From: Chiloscyllium plagiosum | Lineage: Eukaryota | Direction of reading: 5' to 3' | Assembly: GCF_004010195.1 (NCBI RefSeq) | Contig: NC_057751.1 | Location: 15,669,677-15,733,676 of the forward strand | DNA: 64,000 nucleotides | In this document: piece after piece, positions 39,135-51,410 of the stretch | How positions within the stretch are numbered: position 1 is the first letter of the stretch | Layout: each line of letters opens with the position of its first letter | Position numbers and translations under genes: made by a program | The notes under the pieces: generated by a model | Databases searched by the model: none | What the model saw: only the letters and a program-made list of their open reading frames with translations | Told to the model about the DNA's origin: nothing

Positions 39135-39722
39135 GGGCGGCACCGTGATTCAGTGGTTCGCACTGCTGCCTCACAGTGCAGGGGCCTGGGTTTGATTCCC
39201 GCGTCAGGTGACTGTCTGTGTTGAGTTTACACATTCTCCCCGTGTCTGCGTGGGTTTCCTCTGGGTGCTCCGGTTTCCTGCCACAATCCAAAATGTGCAG
39301 GTCAGCTGAATGTGGAATTTGCTCATTCTCCCCGTATCTGCGTGGGGTTTCCTCTGAGTGCCCCGGTTTCCTCCCAGAGTTCAAAGATTTGTAGGTTAAG
39401 TGAATTGGCCGTGCTAAATTTCCCATTGTGTTCAGGGGTTTGTAGGTTCGGTGCATTAATTGGGGGTAAATGTAGAATAATGGGGATTGGGTTTGGGTGG
39501 AATACTCTTCGGAGGGTCGGTGTGGACTTGTTGGGCTGAAGGGCCTGTTCCCACACTGTTGGGATTCTAAGATTAAAAAAAAGAAAAATTTCCCATAGTG
39601 CATTAGTCAGGGGTAAATCTTGAGATGAGAAATGGGTCGGGGTGGATTGCTCTTCATAGGGTTGGTGTGGACTTGTTGGGCCAAATGGCCAGTTTCCATA
39701 CTGTAGGGAATCTAATCTAAAA
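39135..39722 (+). mobile_element. Composite V-SINE cluster (head plus V domain, second V domain plus tail, extra tail)
   Basis: V domain repeated at about 39218 and 39311; tail repeated at about 39500 and 39640. Confidence 0.8.
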
Positions 39723-40896
39723 TCATGATTTGGACTTCAGTCGAGACATTCTTGGAGGAAAATAATGTGGTCAACCATGTGAAAGGCTGCAGATAGGTCT
39801 CAAGGGTTGGGGGTACAGTTTTCCATTGTTACAGCCACATATGAAAGCATTTGCAACTTTGTAAAAGTCTCCTGGAGTACTGGGGCTGAACCTTGGAGGA
39901 ATTCAAATATGGCATCCTGTGCAAAGAAGAGCTCAGATTAGGTAGGGAACAGGATTTGGAGGAGGAAGTGGCAGTTGGAGAAATTGACTGTTAATCTTAC
40001 TCCAAAGAAAACCTTCAAAGAAAATTGCCACCATTCAAAATAGGCTCATAATACCCATGCATATCAAAATTAGGCTCTAACTGGGAATGCATAAAAAAAG
40101 GTCTTGCAACATCTTCAAAACTCTTCAATTAGTGCCTTCCGATTGACCGATAACCAGCTATTGCTTTCTCTGTAATTCTACATAAATATATTTGGCCAGA
40201 CAACTTTATTATAGTGCAGTTTACTGAAAACCGACAGATAGCTCAAGTTTAAATTTAGAAAGGCATGCTTCTGGCAAGACGTGATGTTCCTCGTGGTTAT
40301 TAAGTGGAGATGAATTAAAGGAAAAATGTTCACTGATGACTAGAATTTGCCGGATCCTTGTATTTGAGACTCTCTCGTTCAGATCTTGTGGTGTCAGAAT
40401 GGAAAGGAATATCTGATTAAATTTGGAAACTTTAAGAAACAAGGGTCAATCAATTGACTTTGTTTCAGCTCACGACATTTCAAGTTGTTTTTACTTTGAA
40501 TGCCAGTGTCCTAATGATAACTGACAAGTCTTTGCCAACCCATTCATTTCGTTGCTGCTTCTCGGCTAAAATTAGCACCAAGAAAGGTGTAACCAAATTT
40601 TGTTCAAAACTTCGGGTCCAATTGTTGGAGAGGAAAGAAAAAGTTAGCGTTTCCAGTCTTTGGAAGAAGTCATGTGGGAGAGGAAACGTAAACTGTGTTT
40701 CTCTCCACAGATGCTGCAGCACCTGTTGAGTTTCTCCAGCACTTCCAGTTAATTTTGTTTCAAGATTCCCAGCAATTGCAGTATTTTTGTTCCTTAATCG
40801 CAAAGAGTTGTATGCCCAAACATCGTGGGCAGCAAAGGTTGGGGCATTTCATAACAATGGACTCTCTCAAGCTGCAGGGGAGGCAGAGCAAAACCA

Positions 40897-41184
40897 GATT
40901 CTGGGTTAGTGGTGCTGGAAGAGCACAGCAGTTCAGGCAGCATCCAAGGACCTTCGAAATCGACGTTTCGGGCTAAAGCCCTTCATCAGGAATAAAGGCA
41001 GTGAGCCTGAAGCGTGGAGAGAAAAGCTAGAGGAGGGTGGGGGTGGGGAGAAAGTAGCATAAAGTACAATGGGTGAGAGGGGGAGGGGATGAAGGTGATA
41101 GGTCAGGGAGGAGAGGGTGGAGTGGATAGAAGGAAAAGGAGATAGGCAGGTAGGACAAGTCATGGGGACAGTACTGAGCTGGAA
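40897..41184 (-). mobile_element. PLE family B 3' UTR / terminal repeat
   Basis: Shares sequence with 12955-13060 and with 58300-58386. Carries a hammerhead core. Confidence 0.8.
40958..40992 (-). ncRNA. Minimal hammerhead ribozyme motif in PLE family B
   Basis: UUC-CUGAUGA-A-[GGGCU-UU-AGCCC]-GAAA-CG-UC-GAUU. Stem I is only about 2 bp. Confidence 0.55.
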
Positions 41185-41209
41185 AATCAGTGTCTTTTTG
41201 GGAAAATTA

Positions 41210-41330
41210 AGAATCATGCAGCACCAGGTTATCGTCCAGCGGGTTTATTTGGAAGCACTAGCTTTCGGAGCGCTGCTCCTTCATCAGGTGGTTGCGGAGA
41301 ATAAGATTGGAAGACATAGAATTTATCACG
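41210..41330 (-). mobile_element. Solo PLE family C terminal repeat
   Basis: Near-identical to 28985-29088 joined to 29408-29418. Confidence 0.75.
41256..41290 (-). ncRNA. Minimal hammerhead ribozyme motif in PLE family C
   Basis: CAC-CUGAUGA-A-[GGAGC-AGC-GCUCC]-GAAA-GC-UA-GUG. Confidence 0.65.
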
Positions 41331-41334
41331 TCTA

Positions 41335-41720
41335 TTTGGGAAGGCAGTCAGGGCAGGGATGAGGGTTGCTGAGGGACAGAGTGGAGCCCAGGTCTGGATA
41401 GGTATCCATTCCAGCAGCCAATTGGCGGCGGGGTCCCCCAAAGGGCAACGTTCCAAAATGGAACGCGGCCCAGAGCCCGCGCCATGATCGACAGCGGCAG
41501 CAGCCAATCCCGGAGCGGCGGTCGCGGTCAGAGGTGGGGGAGGGGACGGGGACTGGGACTGGGACTCGGACTCGCTCTCGCTCAGCTGTTGCGGCAATGG
41601 CGCTGCCCTGGGTACTGTGTTCTCTGCTTGCGGCTCTGCTCAGCCCGGGCCAGGCGGACTCCGGCACCGAGGAGTATCTGAAGCGAGAGCACAGCTTGGT
41701 GAAACCCTACCAGGGTAAGG
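41335..41720 (+). promoter_or_regulatory. LMAN2L promoter, small CpG island
   Basis: CpG-rich. Palindromic CCAATTGG at 41418-41425, CCAAT near 41504, GGGAC(T) repeats at 41536-41572 just upstream of the ATG. Confidence 0.7.
41597..41714 (+). CDS. LMAN2L: LMAN2L exon 1 (signal peptide, start of lectin domain)
   Basis: GCA-ATG-G start. MALPWVLCSLLAALLSPGQADSGTEEYLKREHSLVKPYQG|GTAAGG. 118 nt. Confidence 0.93.
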
Positions 41721-41889
41721 GCTGCCTTTACTTTCCCTTCCTTCCTTCCTTCTGCTGCAAACGTTCGAACGGATTGCATCGAATTGCCTGGAAGCCACTT
41801 CCCCCACCCACTTCATCCAATCTCTTACGAGCAAAGCCTCTCGAACCCTTGGGGGTAAAATGCAGGGATGGCAATCACCACATTCAGAG

Positions 41890-43340
41890 AGAATAGACTT
41901 TATTGGTATCCTGTGCACTGTTTGGTCGCCATGTTATGCAGTGAGGGATAGAGAGGCGCTGTGTAAATGTATGCAGGCACAAGCATAAATTAGAAAAGCT
42001 AACGACCTTATTGGTTATGGACAGGAGATAACTACAAAAGTAGGAGATTGTAGTCCAGTTACATAGAAAATTAGAGAGACGAGATCTGCACAGTGTAAAG
42101 AGAGATATAAGGAACTTCACGAACAGAGAGCAGGATCTTGGGGTGTTTGTCCAAAGATCCCTAAAGGGGGCAGGCCAGGTTAAGAGAGGCAGGATAAACT
42201 CAAGTTTTGAAGCGGACAAGATTGAAGGGGTCCGATTTGAGGTGTACAAGATTGAGGAAGCATGAATAGGTTGGTTAGAAATCAGCTGTTCTCCTTAGTT
42301 GAAGGGCCAATGACAAGGGCCATCACTTTAAGGAAGTTCCCTCTTTAGAAGGAATTTGGGGAAAAAGAAAACACAGAGTGGTGGGAATCTGAAATGCACT
42401 CCCTAGGGAGGATAGATTAGATTAATAGGGAAACAGGCCATTTGGCCCAACAAGTCCACACTGACCTACCGAAGAATAACCCAAAGACCCATTCCCCTAC
42501 CCTATATTTACCCCTGACTAATGCACCTAACACTGTGGGCAATTAGCGTGGAGAAAGCTGGAGCACCTGGAGGAAACCCACACCGATGTGGGGACAATGC
42601 GCAAACTCCACACAGCGAGTTGCCTGAGGCAGGAATTGAACCTGGGTCCCTAGTGCTGTGAGGCAGCGGTGCTAACCACTGAGTCACTGTGCCACCCTGT
42701 CTCCTCACAACTTTTAAAAAGTACTTGAATGAGGACTTGAAATGTGACCACATTCAAGGCTATGGGCTAGTGCTGGAAAGTGGAAGGAGTGCAGATTTAC
42801 ACTAATTTTCTTTTTGTCAGTGCAGACTTGATGGGCTGAAGGACCTCCTCCGTATAGTATGATTAAATGGAACTAGAAGCAGTTCAGGGAAGGGTTACCA
42901 GACGAATACTGGTAAAAGGCAAGGTGTCTTGGGAGCAAAGGTTGGGGTCAGACTAGGTTTGTCCCTGCTGGAATTTAGAAGATAAAGAGGTGATTTGATT
43001 GAAAGATGTAAGGTCCTGCTCGGGTGCATGTGGATTCTCCTCATGTGGGAGAATCTCGGATCAGGGGTCGCTGATTATAAATCGGGGGTTATCCACTGAA
43101 AGGTGATTCTTTCCTCTGAGGCTGATGAGCCTTTGCAATGCTCCTCCTGAAAAGGCAGAATTTGCAGAGTCCTTTGATTGTAGTCCATGTGGAAATAGAT
43201 TCTTGATAAGCAAGGGAGTGGGTGAAAAGTTATCGGGCAGTTGGGAGTGCAGATTTGAAGATGTAATCAGGTCGGCCAAGTTCTTATTGAATGGGAGAAG
43301 CAGGATCAAAGGGCTGAATGGCCTACATCTTCTTCCACTC
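41890..43340 (+). mobile_element. Old CR1 3' fragments with a nested minus-strand V-SINE (about 42415-42700)
   Basis: CR1 RT C-terminal and 3' UTR similarity; reverse-complement SINE head and tail. Confidence 0.7.
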
Positions 43341-43475
43341 ACGTTTTTGAGAGTGACAAAGTTGCAGGATTTTGACCCAGTGCCGGGAAAGTAATGATCT
43401 AGTTGAAGAGCCCACTCTTGGTTTTTTTTGGCTCTCTTCCCGGCTAAGTGCTGCTTGTTTCTTTCTCTCTTGTAG

Positions 43476-43597
43476 GTGTGGGAGCCACAGGTTCTAACAC
43501 TCACTGGGACCTCCAGGGAAACACAATGGTGACCTCCCATTTTATACGACTGACCCCCGATCTTCAGAGCAAACAGGGAGCCATCTGGAATCGTGTA
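43476..43597 (+). CDS. LMAN2L: LMAN2L exon 2
   Basis: TGTAG| VGATGSNTHWDLQGNTMVTSHFIRLTPDLQSKQGAIWNRV |GTAAGG. 122 nt. Confidence 0.95.
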
Positions 43598-43719
43598 GTA
43601 AGGGTTCATTCCACGTTTTGATGTATTTGTAGGTCTTGGAATAAGCTTGTTAGCACAGGGAAATAAATGCTTTCCACACAAGTGTCAGCATCAATGTGGT
43701 GAGTACAAAATGGACTGGG

Positions 43720-44290
43720 TACAGTGTAAAGCGCTCCCCACATTTTTCCCATCAAACACTCCCAGGACAAAAAACAGCACGGCGAAAGATACAGAGTAAA
43801 GCTTGTGCCCATCAAATGGACTGAGGACAGGGACAATGCAGGGTTAGATATAGTCTGCAGCTCTCTTTATTCTTAAACAGAAAGTAAAGCTCCTTCAATG
43901 TTGTACACATCCCTCCCAGGAGAGGGACAGCACCCTCTAAGTTTTTGGCAGAAAGTAAAGCCTACTCAACACTGTCCCAATGAACACTCTCCAGACAAGT
44001 ACAGCAAAGTTATAGGAAAGCCAAGGCTATGTTTTGTTTGTAACTTGTGCATTAACTATCTATCTTGGTCAGTACAAAGCTACATGAAAAGGCATGGTTA
44101 AGCAATAAAAATAATCATTTGAAGGACCCGGGCATTACGTCACTGGGCAGATACAGCAGTGACTTGCACACAGAAAAACTCCCTCTACACTCACCCCATC
44201 AAACACTTGCAGGACAGGTTAAGTAGAGGGTAGATACAGATTAGATTTCTCTCTACTCTTAGCTGAAAGTCAAGCTTTCTCTATACTATT
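43720..44290 (+). repeat. Degenerate copies of the 70-bp satellite-like repeat
   Basis: Repeated GTAAAGCT...CCCATCAAACACTCCCAGGACA...TTAGATA motifs matching the 62220-62725 array. Confidence 0.75.
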
Positions 44291-44329
44291 CCCTCCAAAC
44301 ACTCCTAGGATAGGGAGAACATGGGATTG

Positions 44330-46550
44330 GATGCAGAGATTGGAGGCAACCTTTAGGATGCATAGGATAGGGAAGGAAACAGCAGGGGATGGGCACCATT
44401 GAAATGTGGAGCTTATTTAAGGACCAGCTAGTGTGGGTCTTTGATAAGTATGCACTGGTGAGGCAGGGAGGAAGTTGTCGAGCGTGGGAGCTGTGGTTTA
44501 CTAAGGACGTTGAATCTCTTGTCAAGAGGAGAAGGCGGCTTATGTAAAGATGAGATGTGATGGTCCAGTTAGGGCGCTTCAGAGTTACAAGTTCGCTAGA
44601 AAAGACCTAAAGAGAGAGCTAAGAGCCAGGAGGGGACATTTGAAGTCATTGACAGATAGGATCAAGGAAAACTCTAAGGCTTTCTATTACTATATCAGAA
44701 ATAAAAGAATGACAAGAGTAAGATTAGGGCCAATCAAGGATAGTAGTGGGAAGGTATGCATGCAGTCTGAGGAGATAGGGGAAGCGCTAAATGAAGACTT
44801 TTCATCAGCATTCACACAGGAAAAAGACAATGTGGTCGAGGAGAATAGAGATACAGGCTCATAGGCTAGATGGGATTGACATGCATAAGGAGGAGGTGTT
44901 AGCAATTCTGGAAAGTGTAAAAATAGATAAGTCCCCTGGGCCGGATGGGACTTATGCTAGGATTCTCTGGGAAGCCAGGGAGGAGATTGCCAAGCCTTTG
45001 GCTTTGATCTTTATGTCGTTGTATACAGGAATAGTGCCCGAAGGCTGGAGGATAGCAAATGTTGCTCCCTTGTTCAAGAAGGGCAGTAGAGACACCCCTG
45101 AAAATTATAGACCTGTGAGCCTTACTTGGGTTGTGGTTAGTGTTCCAAAGGGTTATAAGAGTTAGGATTTATAATCATCTAGAAAGGAATAATTTGATTT
45201 GGGATATTCAACACGGTTTTGTGAAGAGTAGGTCGTGCCTCACAAACCTTATTGAGTTCTTTGGGAAGGCGATCAAACAGGTGGATGAGGGAAAAGCAGT
45301 TGAAGTGGTGTATATGGATTTCAGCCAGGCATTTGATAAGATTCCCTATCGTAGGCTATTGCACAAAATACGGAGGCATGGGATTGGGGGTGATTGAGCT
45401 GTTTGGATCAGAAGTTGGCTAGCTGAAGGAAGACAGAGGGTGGTGGTTGATGGGAAATTTTCATCTTGGAGTTCATTTACCAGTGGGGTACCGCAAGAAT
45501 CTGTTTTGGGTCCACTGCTGTTTATCATTTATATAAATGACCTGAATGAACAAAGAACATTACAGCACAGTACAGGCCCTTCAGCCCTCGATATTGCACC
45601 AACCTGTGGAACAAATCTGAAGCCTATCTTTCCTGCACTATTCCATTCTCATCCATATGTTTATCCAATGACCATTTAAATGCCCTCACCCTCAGTGAAT
45701 CTACAGATGAGGGCATAAAAGAATGGGTTAGTAAATTTGCGGATGACAGTAAGGTCGGTAGAGTGGTGGATAGTAACGAAGGATGTTGTAGGTTACAGAG
45801 AGACAAAGAAAAGCTGCAGAACTGAGCAGAGAGGTGGCAAATGGAGTTTAATGTGGAAAAGTGTGAGGTGATTCACTTTGGAAGGAGCAACAGGAATGCA
45901 GAGTACTGGGCTCATGATAAGATTCCTGGTAGTGAAGATGAGCAGAGATCTCGGTGTCCAGGTATACAAATCCTTGAAAGGTGGTACCCAGCTTGATAGT
46001 TGTTAAGAAGGCATATGGTGTGTTAGCTTTTATGAGTAGAGGAATTGAGTTTCGGGACCATGAGATCATGCTGCAGCTGTACAAAACTCTGGTGAGGCCA
46101 AGTTTGGAGTGTTTTGTGTGCAGTTCTGGTCACTGCATTATCGGAAGGATGTGGAAGCTTTGGATCGGGCTGAGGGACTTGAGGCCATTATTGTTAGAGA
46201 GAAGAAGGATGACAGGTGTCTTAATTGAAACATATAAGATAATCAGACGGTTAGATTGGGTGGACAGTGAGAGCCTTTTTCCTTGGATCGCGATGGCTAG
46301 CACGAGGGGACATAGCTTTAAATTGGGGGGTGATAGATATAGGGCAGATATCAGGGATAGTTTCTTTACTCAGAGAGTAGTAGGGGTGTGGATTGCACTG
46401 CCTGTGATGGTCGCCAGCTTTAAGGGAATTTAAATGGTCACTGGGTAGGCATATGGTCCCTGAGAATGGAATCGTGTAGGTTAGATGGGCTTCAGATTGG
46501 TTCCACAGGTCGGCGCAAGGGCCTGCATTGCATTGTAGTGCTATCTGTTC
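44330..46550 (+). mobile_element. CR1 LINE ORF2 (RT) and 3' UTR, degraded, with a short antisense CR1-tail insertion at about 45550-45705
   Basis: DKSPGPDG, NYRPVSLT, QHGFVKSRSCLTNL, DFSQAFDKIP, GVPQESVLGPLLF..YIND. Confidence 0.92.
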
Positions 46551-46764
46551 AAGAGTAAAGCTCCCACTACTCTTTTAGACAAAGCTCCATCGACACTATC
46601 CCCATCAGATACTCCCAGGACAGACAGAACACGGGCGAGATACAGAAATCAAGGAAACAATGTGGACTTTGCCTTTTAATGGCTTGGTGCTGTAAGTTAC
46701 TTGTGCTGTGGTTTCATATTTAATGCCTTCAGCAATTGCCCATGCTCACTCTGTCTCTCTTCAG

Positions 46765-46882
46765 GCCTGTTTAATGCAAGACTGGGAGGTGCAGGTTCAC
46801 TTCAAAATTCATGGCCAAGGGAAAAAAAATCTGAATGGTGACGGGTTTGCGATATGGTATACCAAAGATCGCATGCAACCAG
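46765..46882 (+). CDS. LMAN2L: LMAN2L exon 3
   Basis: TTCAG| ACLMQDWEVQVHFKIHGQGKKNLNGDGFAIWYTKDRMQP |GTACAG. 118 nt. Confidence 0.95.
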
Positions 46883-47189
46883 GTACAGTGATCTGAAACC
46901 TCCAGGTACAGTGGGCTACTGACTATGCTTAGAATGTAGATTCCTGCTTGGGATTTATTGACTCGAACCTAATCATCGATCGGAAAGATACCATAAGAAT
47001 GTCCCCTCTCTAATACCGTAACGCAAATGTAAAATATCATGGTTGCTTGAAATCTGAAATCACAACAAAAGTGCTGGAGGAACTCAGCAAGTCTGGCAAC
47101 ATCTTGGAGAAACACAACAAATGTTTCAGGTCTGTGATATTTAATCAGAACTGGAATAACGTGATGTGAAGTATGTCACTTATCTGTCG

Positions 47190-47580
47190 AGTCACAGAGC
47201 ACAGCAACAGACCCTTCGGTCCAACCAGTCCATGCCGACCATAATCTAAACCAGTACTTTGTCCCTCCAAACCTTTCCTATTCATGTAATTATCCAAATA
47301 TGTTTTAAACTTTGTAACTGTACTTACATCCACCACTTCCCTAGGAAGCTCATTACACACACGAACCACTCTATGTAAAAAAAACAAATTGCCCCTCATA
47401 TCTTCATTAAATCTATCTTCTCTCATCTTAAAAATATACCCCCTCAGGAAAAGACACCTGCCATTCACCTTATCTGTCCCCTTGATTATTTTAGAAACCT
47501 CTATAAGGTCCCCCACTCAATTTCCTCCACTCCATTGAAAAAAGGTCCCTGCCCATCCAGCTTCTCCTTCTAACTCAAAC
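47190..47580 (-). mobile_element. CR1 3' fragment
   Basis: GDLIEVSKIIKGTDKV...RVVRVCNELP.EVV. Confidence 0.85.
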
Positions 47581-47628
47581 AACTTAAATTCCACTTGTTG
47601 CTAAGTTTGGAAGTTGTATTTTTGAATC

Positions 47629-48439
47629 TGTGACAAATGGGTTTTTCTGGGTTCGAAGCGTTTCATGAGTAACCTGTATGTTTTTTTTTCTGCAGCAGTG
47701 GCGATTTCTCTTTAAAAACAACTTGATGGAGAAGTGCCTCAGAGAACTAATCGGCTTTTGTATACATGTGAAAAATTTAGCTCAGAGCAATTGCACTTCA
47801 GGATTTCTGTTAGAAATTTCTGGACTTTGTTTTTTAAGCTGGAGGGGCGGGGCGAGGTTGTTTTGCAAGTTTGGTGCAGTCCTGCAGAAATCGGTGAATG
47901 AAGATTGATGTTTTCCTGGGAACGGGGAAAGATAGACAACAGATTACCTTAAAATAAGACGTGTTGTAATAGACCTGGAATGGATGTGTTTGAGTATAAT
48001 CTTGAAAAGCTTATTTGAAGCTGAGTAAACTTGAGCTCAAATGTATGATGGGTTTTTTTCCCTGGATTTTTTTCAGATTGAGAGGTGATGTCACAGTTAA
48101 GTTAAACCTGTCAAGGTGTTAGATAGAGAAAGGGGCTCCGGTGTGAGTACTGTGCAAGGGGTGCTTTTGGGATGAAGTTTAAACATGTTTCAAAATTTTT
48201 ATGTTTGTATTCTAGGCAAATAGTCTGTTCTATTTTATCTTTGTTTCTTTTGCTTTATAAGCTTCTCATTCATTGTTCAAGTTAATTCTGTAACATTGCA
48301 TACTTATGTTGCAGTGAGTGACCAGAGAGTCATTGAATGTGGAAACTTGAGTACAGGGCACCCCTCGATCCAACTTGTCTGTAAAAATAAGCCAGGTTTC
48401 AGCCTGGGATCTTAGTAATAACAAGCTGGGATCATATCA
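47629..48439 (+). mobile_element. Possible solo LTR-like element
   Basis: About 810-bp block bounded by TG...CA, unlike the neighbouring LINEs. No clear TSD. Confidence 0.3.
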
Positions 48440-48574
48440 ATAATAAATAAGATGGTAAATACGAAACGCAAATTTAAGCCAGTATATATCTAGGACCTCC
48501 ATAGCTCCAACTCTATCCTTCTCCCTGCCAACTGTTTGAGACTAATCCTTGATGTCATATTTGACTTTGAGATA

Positions 48575-49445
48575 GAATTTCTATACAGGACAGGAACAGA
48601 CCCTTCAGCCGACCACGTCTGCGCCAATCACAATGCCATTCTAAATTAACCCCAGCTGCTTGCACATGGTCTGTATCCCTCTATTTCCTGCCTGTTGATA
48701 CAGCTTCGAAATGTCTCTTAAACATTTGCCATCATATCTGCTTCTACCACCTCCCCTGCAGCGCTTTACAGGCACTTTAAAAACTTGCCTCACACATCTC
48801 CTTTAAGCTTTCCCCCCACCTCACCTTAAACCTGTGCCCCCTAGTATTTGACATTTCTGCCCTGTGGAAGACAAGACTCTGACTATCCACCCTATCCATG
48901 CCTGTCATAATTTTACACACTTCTGACGGGTCGTCCCTTAGCCTTCAATACTCTAGCGAAAATAATCCAAGTTTGTTCAACCTGTCCTTATAGAATATAC
49001 TCCAAACCAGGCAACATCCTGATTAACTCTTTTACATCCTTTCCAAAGCCTCCACAGTGTGGTGACCAGAACTACACACAGTACTCCAAATGTGGCCGAG
49101 CTAAAGTCTTATACAGCTGTAACGGGACGTGCCAACGTTTATACTTAATGCCCCAATCGATGAAGGCAAACAGGTCACGTGCCTTCTTTACCACCTTATC
49201 CACTTCTGTTGCCACTCTCAGGGAGCGATGGACTTGCATCCCAGGACCGCTCTGTATATCAATGCTCTTAAGGGTCCTGTCATTTACTGTTTACATTCCC
49301 TTTACATTTGATCTCCCAAAATACACACTTCACACTTGTCCGAATTAAACTCCGTCTGCCATTTCTCCACCCAGCTTTCCAACTGATCTATATCCTTTGA
49401 CAAACTGCCTGACTCTCCATAATTTCACCAATCTTCATGTCATCT
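48575..49445 (-). mobile_element. CR1 3' fragment
   Basis: Collinear similarity to 8340-9190. Confidence 0.85.
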
Positions 49446-49449
49446 TTTC

Positions 49450-50190
49450 ATATCCCTGTCTGACAAAGATCACCTACTTCGACTTTCTTGTCCCGATTTG
49501 ACTCCCATCTCAGTTCATCAGCTGCTGACACCCTTGTCTTTCCTTCAGGACTCAGTTACACCAGCACACTCCCACATTCTACCCTCCTTAACCTTCAGCT
49601 CACTGAGAACACTGCTGCCTGTGTCTTAACTCAGGGCGAGTCCCATTTTGTACTGTCACCCACCCTGTGGGTGACCTCCTGATCAACTAAGTTCTTGAGT
49701 TTTAAAACCCTCATCCTTCTTTTCAAATCCAACTATGTCCGCATCCCCCCCCACCCAAAAATTTTTAGAATCTCTTCTTGCCCCAGCCCACTCTGAGTTG
49801 TCTGTGCTCCTCTGATTTTGGTCTTGTGTTTCCTGGGTTTCAATAACTCCATCGCTATTGATTGGCCCTTCAATTGCCTGGCCCCCAAGCTCTGTAATCA
49901 TCAACACACATCTCTGCCCATCTCTCTCTCTCTACCCCCCCCCGACTCCCTCTGTCCATATGTCTCTCTGTCTCTTTGTGTGTGTCTCTCTCGCTCTCTG
50001 TCTCTCTCTCTCTCTCTCTCTGTGCAACTCTCTCTGTCTGTCTCCCCTCTTTGAGGACACTGCTTAAAATCAACCTTTTTGACCAACTATCTTGTTGCAT
50101 GGCACAGTCATGTCTTGTTTTCGAATCTGATTGTGAAGGTCCTGTGCATGTTTTATGCGATGAAAGGTGATATATAAATACAAGTTGTTC
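49450..50190 (+). mobile_element. Degraded L2-like LINE 3' end containing a (CT)n/(GT)n microsatellite (49915-50050)
   Basis: LQLTENTAACVLT resembles the L2 RT C-terminal LQ..QN.AAR.LT motif. Confidence 0.55.
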
Positions 50191-50369
50191 TTGAACGTCT
50201 CTTTGGCCAGGTTCCTAAATGACCACTGCCATTGGAGAGTTGCCTTACAAAAGTTGCCCACCTATCTGTTTGAGATGGGGGAGAAGTTGTGGCGGAGAGG
50301 GGGAAGGAACCCGATGCCCAGATCGGGGGATCGAGTTTTATAGTTTTAAAAATGCTTTCTCCCCTGCAG

Positions 50370-50452
50370 GTACAGTGTTCGGAAGTAAGGATCTGTTCTC
50401 CGGACTGGGAATATTCATGGATACCTACCCCAACGAGGAGAAACAGCAGGAG
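50370..50452 (+). CDS. LMAN2L: LMAN2L exon 4
   Basis: CTGCAG| GTVFGSKDLFSGLGIFMDTYPNEEKQQE |GTGAGC. 83 nt. Includes the Ca2+/sugar-binding DTYxN loop. Confidence 0.95.
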
Positions 50453-50679
50453 GTGAGCTCAGGGATTGCAGTCTACATTGTAATAATTAGCTGCTCTTAA
50501 GTATAAAAATTAGTATTATGATAGAATTCTAAACAGCTTTATCAATGCTCTTTGTTGAAACAAGGATGTTGTGAAATAATGATATTATCAATTTAAAATC
50601 TGTTTTGATTAATCTATCAGCAGTAATAAAAGGTATTAGTGGCAGCATTGTTTCTTTTGATTGCCAAATTTTGTTAGAC

Positions 50680-51410
50680 CATAAGATATAGGAGCAGAAA
50701 TGTGCCATTTAGTGCACTGAATCTGCTCCATCATTCGATCATGGCTGCTATGTTTCTCTACTCCATTCTCCTGCCTTCTCCCTGTAACCCTTGATCCCTT
50801 ACCAATCAAGAACTTCTCTGTCTCTGTCTTAAATACACTCAGTGACTTGGCCTCCACAGCTCTCTGTGCAAGTGAGTTCCACAGATTCCCCACCCTCTGG
50901 CCGAAGAAATTCCTCCTCACTCTCAGATCTAAAGGCTGTGCCCTCAGGTCCTCGTCTCTCCAACTATCTTCTCCACGCCCCCTCTATCCAGGCCTCTCAG
51001 TATTCTGTAAGTTTCAATCAGGTTCTCTTTCATCCTTCTAAACTCCCCTGGCTGGTAGACCCACAGCCCTCATTACTCATATGACAAGCCCTGCATCCCT
51101 GTGATCTTTCTTGCAAATGTCCTCTGGGCCCCCTCCAATGCCAGCACGTCCTTCCTTGGATACGGGGCCCAAAACTGCTGACAATATTCCAAATGCTGTC
51201 TGACCAGAGCCTTACCCAGCCTTACCAATACATCCCAGCTCTTGTACTGAACGCTAACACTACATTCGCCTTCCTAGCTGCCAAGTGAACCTGTATGTTA
51301 ACCTCAAAAAAATCCTGAACCCAGAACTCCCATTTCTGCTTCAGATTTCTGAGTCCTTTCCCTGTTTTGAAAATAGTCGACTATTTCCATTCAAAGTGCG
51401 TAATCTGACA
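50680..51410 (-). mobile_element. CR1 3' fragment
   Basis: MRRNFFGQRVGNLWNSLAQRAVEAKSLSVFKTE; CATAAGA-type tail. Confidence 0.85.

Noticed and set aside
41484..41681. Upstream ATG ORF overlapping the LMAN2L start out of frame
   Set aside because: It begins upstream of a CCAAT box near 41504, so it is probably outside the transcript. The TSS is unknown.
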